This document shows positions 17,208 through 27,237 of a stretch of 64,000 bases of DNA, in pieces. Source of the DNA: an uncultured bacterium (GTDB lineage: Bacteria; SAR324; NAC60-12). Location of the stretch: the NCBI GenBank assembly GCA_965662845.1, contig CBFIJD010000004.1, positions 10,670 to 74,669 of the forward strand. The letters are read 5' to 3'. The notes below the pieces were generated by a model. That model was not told the DNA's origin, did no database searches, and was given only the letters and a program-made list of their open reading frames with translations. A program made the translations under genes and the position numbers. The stretch's first letter is position 1. Every line of letters starts with the position of its first letter.

Positions 17208-18653
17208 ATGCCCGATTCACTGCTGGTCTCACTGCCGCAAATCTGGTTCGACAACTTACAACAAGAGTTACAACGGCGCCTGCAACGCCAACGACTCCCC
17301 GCTCAGATCCAAGCGCACCGCCCCGGCAAGCCGCTGTCGCCCCGCGCTCAGGTGTTTTGGCTTTGGTATGACGATGACTTTCAAGGACAAACCAAGCCTT
17401 CAGGGTTGAAAATTCAGCACAAGTCCGCGTTCACGCCGCCCACACAAATCAGCCAGCTTCCGGCACAACAACAAGTGTGGTTGCGACGCCTCAAGCGCTT
17501 GCACAAGCAACTTTTGGAACGCAAACCCGACAGCGACTTTCTCAAGTTCTGCGGCAGCAGCGTGGGATATTTCCGCAAAGCCGAGAAACACTGGCAGCAA
17601 AATCAAGTCCTGCAATCGTTAGCCCCTAAAGTAGAGCCCTTTGAGGGACTCTATTTTGACGCGTTGGGGCAAGCTTTGGATGAAGCCATTCTCCGCGCCA
17701 CCGGTATCACGACGATGGAAGAGGTCGTGCGCACTCTGGTCAAGGTGCTGGTCATTGACGGCATGGGAGGGCTGGTGCCAGAAAATCTTCAGGCGCGCGG
17801 CTACCGCAGCCCCCGCATTTCAACAATGAGCCTCTTCCAGCTGCGGCAGCTCTGGCAAAAACAACAACCTGAGATTGCAGAGATTGACGTGCACGCGCTC
17901 TCGCCAGCCGTCTTCCAACAGCCTGAGTTTGAGAAGTTTGATCTCATCTTGGTCAACCCTTGGAAATTCAAAGACGATGGCCTACCCGTCGCGGTCTTCG
18001 CGAGAACCTCCGGCAACCTGAGCCGCAAGGAAGAGCAACAGGCCTCCCAACACTTTGAAAATCAGCGCAAACTCGAAGAGCTGAAAGGGCGACGTCAGCG
18101 CCATGAAACCCAACTCAACGCCGTCGTGCAGCAACTTCAATTGATTGAGAATACAGGCCGCACGCAAAGTCGGGGAGACGAACAACACTACCGACAGTTG
18201 CTTGGGGATCGCAAAAAGCTCACCTTGCAGCTCCGTCGCGACACGCTGCGCATCAAAGAGCTGAGCAAACAGGTCGACACCCGCCCGCGAGAGAATTTGG
18301 ATGTGGTCAATTTGTTAGAGGCTTTCCAAACCACGGGATCTTTTGCCAACCGCGCCGCGACGCTGCTGAAAAGCTCGTTCACGTCGCCCAAAGATGACCC
18401 GCACAGCCCCCAAGCCCAGCTCAAGCGCATGTCGGTGTTTATGCGCCAACGCGAGCGGATTGAAGCGACGATGCATCAGCTTCATGGAGAAATGCAAACC
18501 TACGAGGACAAGCTCCAACAGTGGACCGATCACCGCTTTCGGGGTGCCGATCAGCGACCTTGGCGCCGCCCTTTTTTGGAGAACCTCTTAGACCTGTTGG
18601 AAGTCGCCGCCTTGCGAGAAATGTTGGCGCAGACGCTCCCTCCCGATGCGTAA
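17208..18653 (+). CDS. Hypothetical coiled-coil protein, paralog B
   Basis: 481 aa from ATG 17208. This start was chosen because its N-terminus aligns with paralog A (SLP..W...L..E.QRR.Q). Confidence 0.85.
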   Translation: MPDSLLVSLPQIWFDNLQQELQRRLQRQRLPAQIQAHRPGKPLSPRAQVFWLWYDDDFQGQTKPSGLKIQHKSAFTPPTQISQLPAQQQVWLRRLKRLHKQLLERKPDSDFLKFCGSSVGYFRKAEKHWQQNQVLQSLAPKVEPFEGLYFDALGQALDEAILRATGITTMEEVVRTLVKVLVIDGMGGLVPENLQARGYRSPRISTMSLFQLRQLWQKQQPEIAEIDVHALSPAVFQQPEFEKFDLILVNPWKFKDDGLPVAVFARTSGNLSRKEEQQASQHFENQRKLEELKGRRQRHETQLNAVVQQLQLIENTGRTQSRGDEQHYRQLLGDRKKLTLQLRRDTLRIKELSKQVDTRPRENLDVVNLLEAFQTTGSFANRAATLLKSSFTSPKDDPHSPQAQLKRMSVFMRQRERIEATMHQLHGEMQTYEDKLQQWTDHRFRGADQRPWRRPFLENLLDLLEVAALREMLAQTLPPDA

Positions 18654-18809
18654 TTTTTCACACACCCGAGCGCGCGCAAAGTCCTTGCAAGGAAACGCTA
18701 AACGGCTGATATTGCAGTTCACTTCTGCCACAAACGCTCTCTCGGAGAGCCCTCATTGCAGGTTGCGCACAATGTCTGAGCCAGCCTCACCTAACACCTG
18801 AGAACCGCC

Positions 18810-19847
18810 ATGCTCACTCCATTTGCCAAGACCAAACAACAGGTTCACGACTCCCTTCACTCGCTCGCCGAGACCTCTCCAGCTCACCTACGCACGGCGC
18901 TAGAGCGGTGCTATCACCCCAACGCGCAGTGGCGCGGCGCGCATCCCTTCAACGAGCTGAGCGGAATTGACGCCATCGAGCAGCAGTTCTGGCAACCGCT
19001 GTTGCGTGCGTTTCCTGATTTGGAGCGCTGCGACTCCATCTTTGTCGGCGGTGTTTATGAAGGACGACACTACGTTGCCGCTGTCGGACACTACGTGGGC
19101 ACCTTCGAGCAAGCGTGGGCGGGCATCCCCGCGACCCGCAACGCGGTCTCGCTGCGCTATGGAGAAGTCCACGAGCTGCGACAAGGACAAATCGTGCAGA
19201 GCAACGTGCTCATCGACGTGCTGGATGTGATGCGCCAAGCCGGGCATCGGCTGCAGGCTCCGAGCTTAGGGGTCGAAGGGTTCTGGCACGGGCCCGCGAC
19301 CGGCGATGGCATCCGCCTGCACGATAGCGCGCCTGCTCAGTCTCAGCGCAGTTTGGCGCTCGTGCTGGCGATGCAGAAATCACTTGGAGATTACGATGAC
19401 ACGCAAGGAACGGGACGCGAAGGCTTGCTCACCATGCCCCAGAAGGAATACTGGCACCCGAAGATGATGTGGTATGGGCCTTGTGGAATCGGCACCACGC
19501 GTCGTCTGGAGGGCTTCGTAGACTTCCATCAGCTGCCGTTTCGCACGGCCTTCCCCAACCGCAGAGGGGGGAATCACTACATCCGTATCGGCGATGGCGA
19601 CTATGCCGTCACCGGCGGCTGGCCTAGCGTTTATGGCGAACATCACGGCGACGGCTGGCTCGGAATGGCGCCCACCGGCAAGACCATCCAAATGCGCGTG
19701 ATGGACTTCTATCGCTGCGACGGCAACCTGATTCGGGAAAACTGGGTGCCGATCGACATCCTGCACATTCTACTGCAAATGAACGTTGACCTGCTCGGTC
19801 GCCTCCAAGCGCGGTCCGCACTCAAAGCAGAACATGCGACTCATTGA
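18810..19847 (+). CDS. Ester cyclase / tandem SnoaL-like protein
   Basis: Two NTF2-like halves: PLLRAFPDLER..GIPAT and WYGPCGIG..MRVMDFYR..ENWV. Confidence 0.85.
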   Translation: MLTPFAKTKQQVHDSLHSLAETSPAHLRTALERCYHPNAQWRGAHPFNELSGIDAIEQQFWQPLLRAFPDLERCDSIFVGGVYEGRHYVAAVGHYVGTFEQAWAGIPATRNAVSLRYGEVHELRQGQIVQSNVLIDVLDVMRQAGHRLQAPSLGVEGFWHGPATGDGIRLHDSAPAQSQRSLALVLAMQKSLGDYDDTQGTGREGLLTMPQKEYWHPKMMWYGPCGIGTTRRLEGFVDFHQLPFRTAFPNRRGGNHYIRIGDGDYAVTGGWPSVYGEHHGDGWLGMAPTGKTIQMRVMDFYRCDGNLIRENWVPIDILHILLQMNVDLLGRLQARSALKAEHATH

Positions 19848-20721
19848 CGCCCACCACCACCTCTGGCAACCCGAGGCCCTACCCTACGGTTGGCTCCGCC
19901 AACGCGGGCAGCCCAAGCCGTTCGGCGACCCAACCCCGATTCAGCGGGACTACCTGTGGGAGCATTTTCGTCAAGATGTAGGCGCCGCAGCGGTCGAGTT
20001 GATTGGCTCTGTGCATGTGCAAGCCGACGGAGCGCTGCCGGATCCTGTCGCCGAGACGAAGTGGCTCCATACTCCAGACGACACCTTGCCCTCGGCGGTG
20101 GTAGGGTTTGTGGATTTGAGCAGCGACCAAGCCGAAGCGACGATCTTGCGTCACAAGCAATTCTCGCGATTTCGGGGCGTCCGGCAGATCATCGCACAGT
20201 TGGAATCTCGACCTGACTTGTCGTTTGCCCCACAACCCTTTCTGCGCAACGCAACGTGGCGTGCTCAGCTGGCGCTGTTGCATGAGCATCACCTGAGTTT
20301 CGACTTACAGCTCTACCCCGAGCAGATGCCCGCCGCCGCTGAGCTACTCTCCCAATTGCCAGAGATTCCGGTGGTGCTCGACCACGCGGGCTCACCATAC
20401 GACCAAACGGAGGCGGGTCTTCAAACGTGGGCGACCGGCATCGCGCTGCTCGCACAGTTGCCCAATGTGCACGTTAAGTTGTCTGGCTTCGGCATGTTCG
20501 ACCGCGCCTGGGACGCCGCCCGCGCTAAGCCCCTCTTTGAAACGCTATATACTCACTTTAGTCCGGCGCGCATGCTGTGGGGCAGCAACTTCCCTGTCGA
20601 TCGCCTGATGCGCTCCTATGCCTTCTGCGTCGCGCAGTTGCAGCAGTGGCTCTCCGAGCTGCCAGCGACCGAGCAGCAACAGATCACCTGCGGCACCGCC
20701 CAACGCGTTTATCGACTCTAA
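19834..20721 (+). CDS. Amidohydrolase_2 family protein (L-fuconolactonase-like)
   Basis: IDAHHHLW, FRGVRQ, VVLDHAG, VKLSG and WGSNFPV. Confidence 0.9.
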   Translation: MRLIDAHHHLWQPEALPYGWLRQRGQPKPFGDPTPIQRDYLWEHFRQDVGAAAVELIGSVHVQADGALPDPVAETKWLHTPDDTLPSAVVGFVDLSSDQAEATILRHKQFSRFRGVRQIIAQLESRPDLSFAPQPFLRNATWRAQLALLHEHHLSFDLQLYPEQMPAAAELLSQLPEIPVVLDHAGSPYDQTEAGLQTWATGIALLAQLPNVHVKLSGFGMFDRAWDAARAKPLFETLYTHFSPARMLWGSNFPVDRLMRSYAFCVAQLQQWLSELPATEQQQITCGTAQRVYRL

Positions 20722-20744
20722 CTCCGCTCCCTCCCCAAGGATCT

Positions 20745-21713
20745 ATGCAAGGCTTTGACTCTGAGTTTCACGACCTCCCCGACTACATTCTGAAGATCAC
20801 CGAGCGCATCTGGGAAGGGCGCCAAGTGAACAAAATTCGCAGCTACTACACCGAGAGCTGCCGCGTGGAGACGCCCGCAAGCCTCACAAACTCTGTGGAA
20901 ACCGTCGTCCAGTCCACGCTTGAGACGCTGGTGATGTTCCCCGATCGCGAGCTGCTTGGCGAAGATGTGATCTGGTCGGAAGACGCCACCGGAGACTTCT
21001 ACTCCTCGCACCGAATTCTGTCGCCGATGACCCATCTGGGAGATGGGTTTTTCGGTCCGGCAACAGGACGGAAAGTCCACGTGCGCACCATCGCGGACTG
21101 CGCGGTTCGCAACAACCAGATTTACGACGAGTGGCTGGTGCGAGACCAAGCCGCGATTGTGCGTCAGCTGGGTCTGAACCTCTCCGACTTCGCCAACGCG
21201 CTCGCTGCCGCTGAAGCTGCGACGGGGAGACCGCCACTGCACCTCGCGAGCATCACGCACCGACCGGCCTACGACGGTGTGCACGTCAACGATGACGTCC
21301 CAGCCCAAGACTACGCCGACTTGTATCGTGGGCTCTTTCGCCAAGCCAAGCTGGGAGACATCACGCAGAGCTATGACCGCGCTTGCTCCGTCGCCATTCC
21401 CGGAGGGGAGAGCTGCCACGGTTGGAAGGAAGTCACCGCATTCTGGAACGGGCTGCTCGCCAGCCTGCGCGACGTCAAGTTCACCATTGCTCATCTGATT
21501 TTGCGCGAAGACGACGGCCAACCTGCGCGCTTGGCGATGCGCTGGTGCGTCACCGCGACTCATGGCGGGAGCGGACGCTATGGCGCCGCGACGGGGAAGC
21601 CGCTGCATCTGTTGGGCATCAGCCACGCTGAGCTGCGCAGCGGCAAAATCCTACGTGAGTGGGTGCTGTTGGATGAACTCGCCATCTGGAAACAAATCCA
21701 TTTCCCAATCTGA
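20745..21713 (+). CDS. Ester cyclase / tandem SnoaL-like protein
   Basis: FPDRELLGEDVIW, FGPATGRKV..DEWLVRD, and a second half YGAATGKPL..REWVLLD. Confidence 0.82.
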   Translation: MQGFDSEFHDLPDYILKITERIWEGRQVNKIRSYYTESCRVETPASLTNSVETVVQSTLETLVMFPDRELLGEDVIWSEDATGDFYSSHRILSPMTHLGDGFFGPATGRKVHVRTIADCAVRNNQIYDEWLVRDQAAIVRQLGLNLSDFANALAAAEAATGRPPLHLASITHRPAYDGVHVNDDVPAQDYADLYRGLFRQAKLGDITQSYDRACSVAIPGGESCHGWKEVTAFWNGLLASLRDVKFTIAHLILREDDGQPARLAMRWCVTATHGGSGRYGAATGKPLHLLGISHAELRSGKILREWVLLDELAIWKQIHFPI

Positions 21714-21825
21714 CGGCCTCCGCGCGTTTTCTGTTTGCAATCCGCTGCGACATTGTCAAACATATTTCCCTTTTCCAAACGTACAGCGCTACCTTGTCAC
21801 CTAATTTTCAGCACCGCATCCTCGC

Positions 21826-22875
21826 ATGGCAGACATTTAACTCCGCAAGCTGAGCAAGCGCTGGGGCGCGTTTCAGGCCGTGCGCGACCTGAACTTATCC
21901 ATCGCAGATCAGGAATTCTTGGTGCTGCTGGGGCCCTCTGGTTGCGGGAAGACCACGACTATGCGGATGATCGCGGGTCTCGAAGACGCGACTGCGGGGG
22001 ACATCTTGATTGGGGGACAGCGCGTCAACGACCTAGAGCCGAAAGACCGCGACGTGGCGATGGTCTTCCAAAATTATGGGCTCTACCCCAACCTGAACGT
22101 CTACGAAAACATCCGCTTCCCGCTGAAAGTCCGCAAAGTCCCGGCGAACACCCACGACGAGCGAGTCCAACGCGCCGCTCAGATGGTGGAGCTGGGAGCC
22201 CTGCTGCATCGTCGTCCGGCGGAGCTCTCCGGCGGCCAGAAGCAACGCGTCGCGTTGGCGCGAGCCATTGTGCGTCAACCGAACGTCTTCTTGATGGACG
22301 AACCACTCTCGAACCTTGACGCGAAGCTGCGCCTCTCGACCCGAGCACAAATCAAAAACCTTCAGCATGAGCTGAAGGTCACCACGGTGTATGTCACCCA
22401 CGACCAGACCGAAGCGATGACGCTGGCCGACCGCGTCGTCGTGCTGAATCATGGCGAAGCGCAACAGGTCGGCAGCCCGCTCGACATTTACAACCACCCC
22501 GCGAACACGTTTGTCGCTGGGTTCATCGGCTCCCCCGCGATGAATCTGCTCCCCGGCGTCATCCGCGAGCACGTGTTTTTGGCGGAGAACGCCCAGGTTC
22601 CTCAGTTGAAAGCACCTGCGGGGAAAGTGACGCTCGGCTTCCGCGCCGAGGACGCGACGCTCCGCGAGACCGGCTCGCTGCGTGGACCGATCTACACGAT
22701 TGAGATGCTCGGCGACGCCACGATGGTCACGCTGCGCATCGCGGGGGCGCTGGTCACGGTCAAAATGCCGAAAGACTTCCGCGCCGAAATTGGAGACCCT
22801 GCGGCGATTGCCGTCGCGCCTGAAGACTGTCATTTGTTTGATTTTGAGAGCGGTCAGCGCCTGCCGACCCCATAA
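21826..22875 (+). pseudogene. MalK-type sugar ABC ATPase with an in-frame TAA at codon 5
   Basis: ATG GCA GAC ATT TAA CTC CGC... reads MADI*LRKLSKRWGAFQAVRDLNL, in frame with the 21880 ORF (GPSGCGKT, LSGGQ, MDEPLSNLDAKLR). Confidence 0.75.
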
Positions 22876-22901
22876 CTGTCAACCCTGTCGATGAGGTTCA
22901 T

Positions 22902-24119
22902 ATGTTGAAGAAATTCCTATCCATCGCCGCCGTCTTCACGTCGCTTGTCGCGGCTCCGCTGAGCGCTACCGCAGACTGTGACTTCCGCCCGAGCAGCGAG
23001 CTTCGCATGCTCTCCAACAGCTTTGAGGCGTGGAAAGCTGTCTCTGACGCCATGGCAGCGTGTGGCAACTTTAAGCCCGAGCTGGACACCGAGTTCCGTG
23101 AGAAGCAGCCCGAAGCCTTCGCCGCGAACCCGTCGCTGTATCACCTCGGCGGTGTCACGAACTCAACAATTCAGCCGCTGTTGGACGCCGGCACGATCCG
23201 CCCCCTCGACGAGTATGTGCAGAAGTACGGGCAACAGCTCACTGCCAACCAGCTCATCAAAATTGACGGCAAGACCATGGCCGTCGCGATGATGGTCAAC
23301 AACCAGCACCTGATGTATCGCCAGGATATCTTCCAGGCGCTCAACATCCCCGTGCCGACAACCTACTTTGAACTCCTCGCGGCTGCAGACAAAATCAAGG
23401 CTTCTGGCAAAGTCGAATACGCGCTGGGTGGAACCTACAAAGCGGGATGGAACCTCGCAGAAGAGTTCGTGAACATGTACCTCGGGCTAGGCGGAGAGTT
23501 CTTTGATGGTAACCAAGCTGCGATCAACAACGCGCAAGGCGTCCGCGCCTTAGAGATGATGCGCAACCTCACGCACTACATGGACCCTGAATATTTGGTC
23601 TCCGACTCAACCTATGTGCAGCAGCAATTTCAGCAGGGCAAAATCGCGATGGGCGTGTTGTGGGCGACCCGCGCCGCTGCGATGAACGACGCGAAAGAGA
23701 GTCAAGTCGTAGGCAAAGTCAAGATGGCCGCTGCGCCGCTCGCTCTCGCTGGCAACCTGCCCGCTTCGTCCCTCTGGTGGGACGGCATCGTGATCGCGAA
23801 GAACATCTCAGACCAAGAGGCCGAGGAAGCCTTTCAGTTGGCCATGGAAGGCCTCGACACCGAGATGGTCCAAGCGCACAACGACGCTGCGGTCTGGCTG
23901 ATTCAAGGGTATCGCCCAGGTGAGCTGGCCGCCGGCGCTGCTGCGACTGCCGAAAACGGCGCGCGGCCCTATCCCACCGGCTCGGCGATGGGGCTGATGC
24001 ACACCGCACTCGGCAATAACATCGCTGATTTTCTCACAGGCAAAGAGACCGCCGAGCAGACGCTACGTGACATCGAAGCCGCTTACACCGCCGCTGCCCG
24101 TGAGAAGGGCTTGCTCTAA
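22902..24119 (+). CDS. Carbohydrate (CUT1) ABC substrate-binding protein
   Basis: GAGG RBS, signal peptide, LMYRQDIF..VPTT and FQQGKIAM. Confidence 0.88.
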   Translation: MLKKFLSIAAVFTSLVAAPLSATADCDFRPSSELRMLSNSFEAWKAVSDAMAACGNFKPELDTEFREKQPEAFAANPSLYHLGGVTNSTIQPLLDAGTIRPLDEYVQKYGQQLTANQLIKIDGKTMAVAMMVNNQHLMYRQDIFQALNIPVPTTYFELLAAADKIKASGKVEYALGGTYKAGWNLAEEFVNMYLGLGGEFFDGNQAAINNAQGVRALEMMRNLTHYMDPEYLVSDSTYVQQQFQQGKIAMGVLWATRAAAMNDAKESQVVGKVKMAAAPLALAGNLPASSLWWDGIVIAKNISDQEAEEAFQLAMEGLDTEMVQAHNDAAVWLIQGYRPGELAAGAAATAENGARPYPTGSAMGLMHTALGNNIADFLTGKETAEQTLRDIEAAYTAAAREKGLL

Positions 24120-24137
24120 TCTTCGTCGTCAAGCCTC

Positions 24138-25163
24138 GTGAAACTACGCACTTTCCTCTTCTTCGTCGCGCCGTCTCTGCTGCTGATGAGCGCCTTCATC
24201 GCGGGGCCACTCTTCAGCGTGGCGTGGCAGAGCTTTCATGTCACGCAGCCCGTCTTTGAGACGGTCGAAGTTGAGGTCTGTACGCCTGGGTTTTTGCAGC
24301 CCATCTGCAAGACAGAAGCCCGCACGCAGCCGGTGTTGGACGACGCTGGGAAGATCATTACCGAGACCAAGTTTGTGGGCTGGGAGAGCTATCGGAACCT
24401 GCTCCACCCAGAGGTCGCGCTGACCGCGCTCCAGCAGGGGCAGTGGGACGCGCTGCTCAACCTAGACTTTTACAAAGCGCTGCGGTTCACCCTGACCTTC
24501 ACTTTGGTGACGCTGCCCTTCGTGTTGGTGGTCGGGTTGCTGGTCGCGCTAGCGGTGAACCAGGCGACGCGGGCGCTCCGTGGACCGATCATCTTTGTGT
24601 CGCTGCTGCCTTTCATCATCACGCCGGTGATCGGAGCGCTCTCGATCCGCTGGCTGTTCGTGGGGGACGGCATCCTCACGGCTTTCCTTGAGTGGTGGCT
24701 AGCGCGAGACATCGCCCTGTTCGCTCAAGGCTGGACGATCGAGCTGCTGATGCTCTTCTACCGCGTGTGGCACGTCGCGCCGTTCGCGTTTGTTGTGTTC
24801 TATGCGGGACTCCAGACTGTTAACCAAGACACGCTGGAGAGCGCGATTGTGGACGGAGCCTCCCGTTGGCAGCGCATGCGCTATGTGATTTTGCCGCATC
24901 TCGCGCCGCTGGTTGTGTTCATCAGCGTCATTCACTTGATGGATTGCTACCGCGTGTTCGAGGAGGTGATTGGGTTCCGCAGCGAAGCGCATGTCATCTC
25001 GTTGCAGTGGCTCACCTTTGACTTGCTTCGCCCCGACGACAGCGGGAACCGACTCATCAGCAGCGCCTCGGCGTCCTCGATGCTGACGATGGTTGGGATT
25101 GTGCTGCTGTTGATTCCACTGCTACGGCGCACTTGGCGCGATCATCACCAGAGTCGAGGTTAA
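24138..25163 (+). CDS. Carbohydrate ABC permease 1
   Basis: EAA loop AGLQTVNQDTLESAIVDGASRWQ. Confidence 0.9.
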   Translation: MKLRTFLFFVAPSLLLMSAFIAGPLFSVAWQSFHVTQPVFETVEVEVCTPGFLQPICKTEARTQPVLDDAGKIITETKFVGWESYRNLLHPEVALTALQQGQWDALLNLDFYKALRFTLTFTLVTLPFVLVVGLLVALAVNQATRALRGPIIFVSLLPFIITPVIGALSIRWLFVGDGILTAFLEWWLARDIALFAQGWTIELLMLFYRVWHVAPFAFVVFYAGLQTVNQDTLESAIVDGASRWQRMRYVILPHLAPLVVFISVIHLMDCYRVFEEVIGFRSEAHVISLQWLTFDLLRPDDSGNRLISSASASSMLTMVGIVLLLIPLLRRTWRDHHQSRG

Positions 25164-26303
25164 ATGAGCGAAGCGCCCTTGCCTCGTGCCTTGCGTCCAC
25201 CGGCGACCTTGCGTTGGTTCTCTGGAAGTTGCTTAGCCTTTTGGTGTGTGATCGCCGCGTTTCCGCTGTTTTGGATCACCATGATGAGCCTGAAGTTGCC
25301 GGTAGACGCCTTCTCAGAGAACCCGCTTGTCGTGCTTTTGGGACCGAGCACGCGTGAAGCTGGGCCCTCCGTCAGCGCAGCAGACCTCTTGCTCGGCGGC
25401 GCGTTTATTTGGGCGCTGCGCCGCTCGTTTCAGCGGCTTCCGCAGGTCGTAGTGTCTACAGGTTTGCATCCGCTCCTTTGTGGGGCGGCTTGGTTGTGCG
25501 GTGGACTGTTGCTAGCGACCTTGCTCCCAAGCATCGCGCGCGGGTTGGACTTCATCCCGCTGCTGAACACTCCTCTGCTCGGCATTACGCTGGAAAATTT
25601 TCGGGCGGTTTGGGTGGAGCAGGAGTTCACCCGTCAGTTTCTGAACTCTCTGCTCGTCACAGGCGGGGTTGTGAGCATCTCGCTGACGGTTGGGACCTTG
25701 GCGGGGTATGGGATCGCGCGGGCGGGGTCGTCGCTGGCGTTTTGGTTGCTGATGGTCGCGCTGGTGTTTCGCGCGCTGCCTCACTCTGTGCTGGTCTCGG
25801 GCTACTTACCGGTGTTTATCAACTCTGCAGAGCTGCTCCGTCCGCTCTTGGGAGACGCCGCGCCGGTGCTGTACGGCAAACCGTGGGCGATCATCATCGT
25901 GTTGGCGTCGATCAATCAGCCGTTCACCATCTGGATGTTGCGCTCCTTTTTTCAGAACATCCCACGTGAGCTTGACGAAGCCGCTCGTGTGGATGGTTGC
26001 TCCCACATCGGCGCGTTTGTGCGAGTGATCATGCCGGTGATGTGGCCTGGTGTGATTACCGCAGGGCTGTTCAGTTTTTTGCTGGCCTACAACGACTACT
26101 TGGTCGCGGCGTTGCTGCTCGACATTCAGAATCAAACGATGGTCCCCGCCATTTCGGGGTTCTTTAACCGTGAAACCACCGCCACTGACCAAGTCGAAGC
26201 CGTGGCTGCGGCGGTCTCAATCACCGCGCCCTTGTTTTTGCTCGTGATGATGTTTCAGAAGCAACTTGTCTCCGGTCTCACGCAAGGAGCTGTCAAAGGA
26301 TGA
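25164..26303 (+). CDS. Carbohydrate ABC permease 2
   Basis: FFQNIPRELDEAARVDGCS and the C-terminus QKQLVSGLTQGAVKG. Confidence 0.92.
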   Translation: MSEAPLPRALRPPATLRWFSGSCLAFWCVIAAFPLFWITMMSLKLPVDAFSENPLVVLLGPSTREAGPSVSAADLLLGGAFIWALRRSFQRLPQVVVSTGLHPLLCGAAWLCGGLLLATLLPSIARGLDFIPLLNTPLLGITLENFRAVWVEQEFTRQFLNSLLVTGGVVSISLTVGTLAGYGIARAGSSLAFWLLMVALVFRALPHSVLVSGYLPVFINSAELLRPLLGDAAPVLYGKPWAIIIVLASINQPFTIWMLRSFFQNIPRELDEAARVDGCSHIGAFVRVIMPVMWPGVITAGLFSFLLAYNDYLVAALLLDIQNQTMVPAISGFFNRETTATDQVEAVAAAVSITAPLFLLVMMFQKQLVSGLTQGAVKG

Positions 26304-27229
26304 GTTTAGAAATTGTCCGCTTCGCTGAGCTGATCCCCTGTCGTTCGGCGTTCATCGACGCGCACACGCCGGGTTCTGACCGCAAGGAGAACTACACGAT
26401 CATTGGCGCAGGGGTCTCTGAGTCTCCCGACCAGCACGTCCACATCGCCCAAACTCCGGGGTTTAATATCGGAGCGGCCGCGCAACCGGCTGGGTGCACC
26501 AACTCCTTGCACAGCCACCGCACCGCCGAGGTGTTTCTCATCCACAGCGGCACGTGGCGTTTTTTCTGGGGGCTGTACGGTGACAAAGGCTCCGTCACCG
26601 TGAGACCCGGCGACACCATCAGCTTGCCGACGCACATGTTTCGGGGTTTTGAGAACATCACCCCCCCAACCCCTGAAACGCCAGATGGTTACGGGTTCAT
26701 GTTCGCGGTCTTGGGGGGCAACGACGCCGGCGGTGGCGTGGTCTGGGCTCCACAGGTGCTCGAGGCCGCACAGAACCATGGGCTGGTGTTGCTGGAGAAT
26801 GGCCGCCTGCTCAACACGAAGCTGGGAGAGACGGCCCCTACGGGCCTGCGCCCCCGCAAAGCGCTGGAGGGCGAAGCGCTCGCGGCGTTCGACCGCAACA
26901 CCATCCGCGAGGAGGCCAAGGCGATCGCGCGCCGCGCCCACACCACTGAGTGGATTTTGGGAACCAACGCCGCAGCCAAGCTCCGCGAACGCACAGGCTT
27001 TAGCATTCAGCGCTTGACCTCCGAACACACGCTCTCCCCCGAAGCAGGGCGCCCTTGCGTCGTGATCTGCAACGCGGGCTCGGCCAAGGTCGAGAGCGCC
27101 CTGTTAGGAGCCGGCGATGTGCTGTATGCGGAAGCCGACGCAGCGAATGCGATCTCAGCGGCAGCCAACAGCGAAGTTTTTGTGATCACCCCGACCGATG
27201 ATCCTGCTGGAGAAACCACCTACTTGTGA
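26300..27229 (+). CDS. Cupin domain protein
   Basis: HSHRTAEVF...G and PGDTISLP...RGFEN cupin motifs. Confidence 0.82.
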   Translation: MSLEIVRFAELIPCRSAFIDAHTPGSDRKENYTIIGAGVSESPDQHVHIAQTPGFNIGAAAQPAGCTNSLHSHRTAEVFLIHSGTWRFFWGLYGDKGSVTVRPGDTISLPTHMFRGFENITPPTPETPDGYGFMFAVLGGNDAGGGVVWAPQVLEAAQNHGLVLLENGRLLNTKLGETAPTGLRPRKALEGEALAAFDRNTIREEAKAIARRAHTTEWILGTNAAAKLRERTGFSIQRLTSEHTLSPEAGRPCVVICNAGSAKVESALLGAGDVLYAEADAANAISAAANSEVFVITPTDDPAGETTYL

Positions 27230-27237
27230 GAAGCCCC

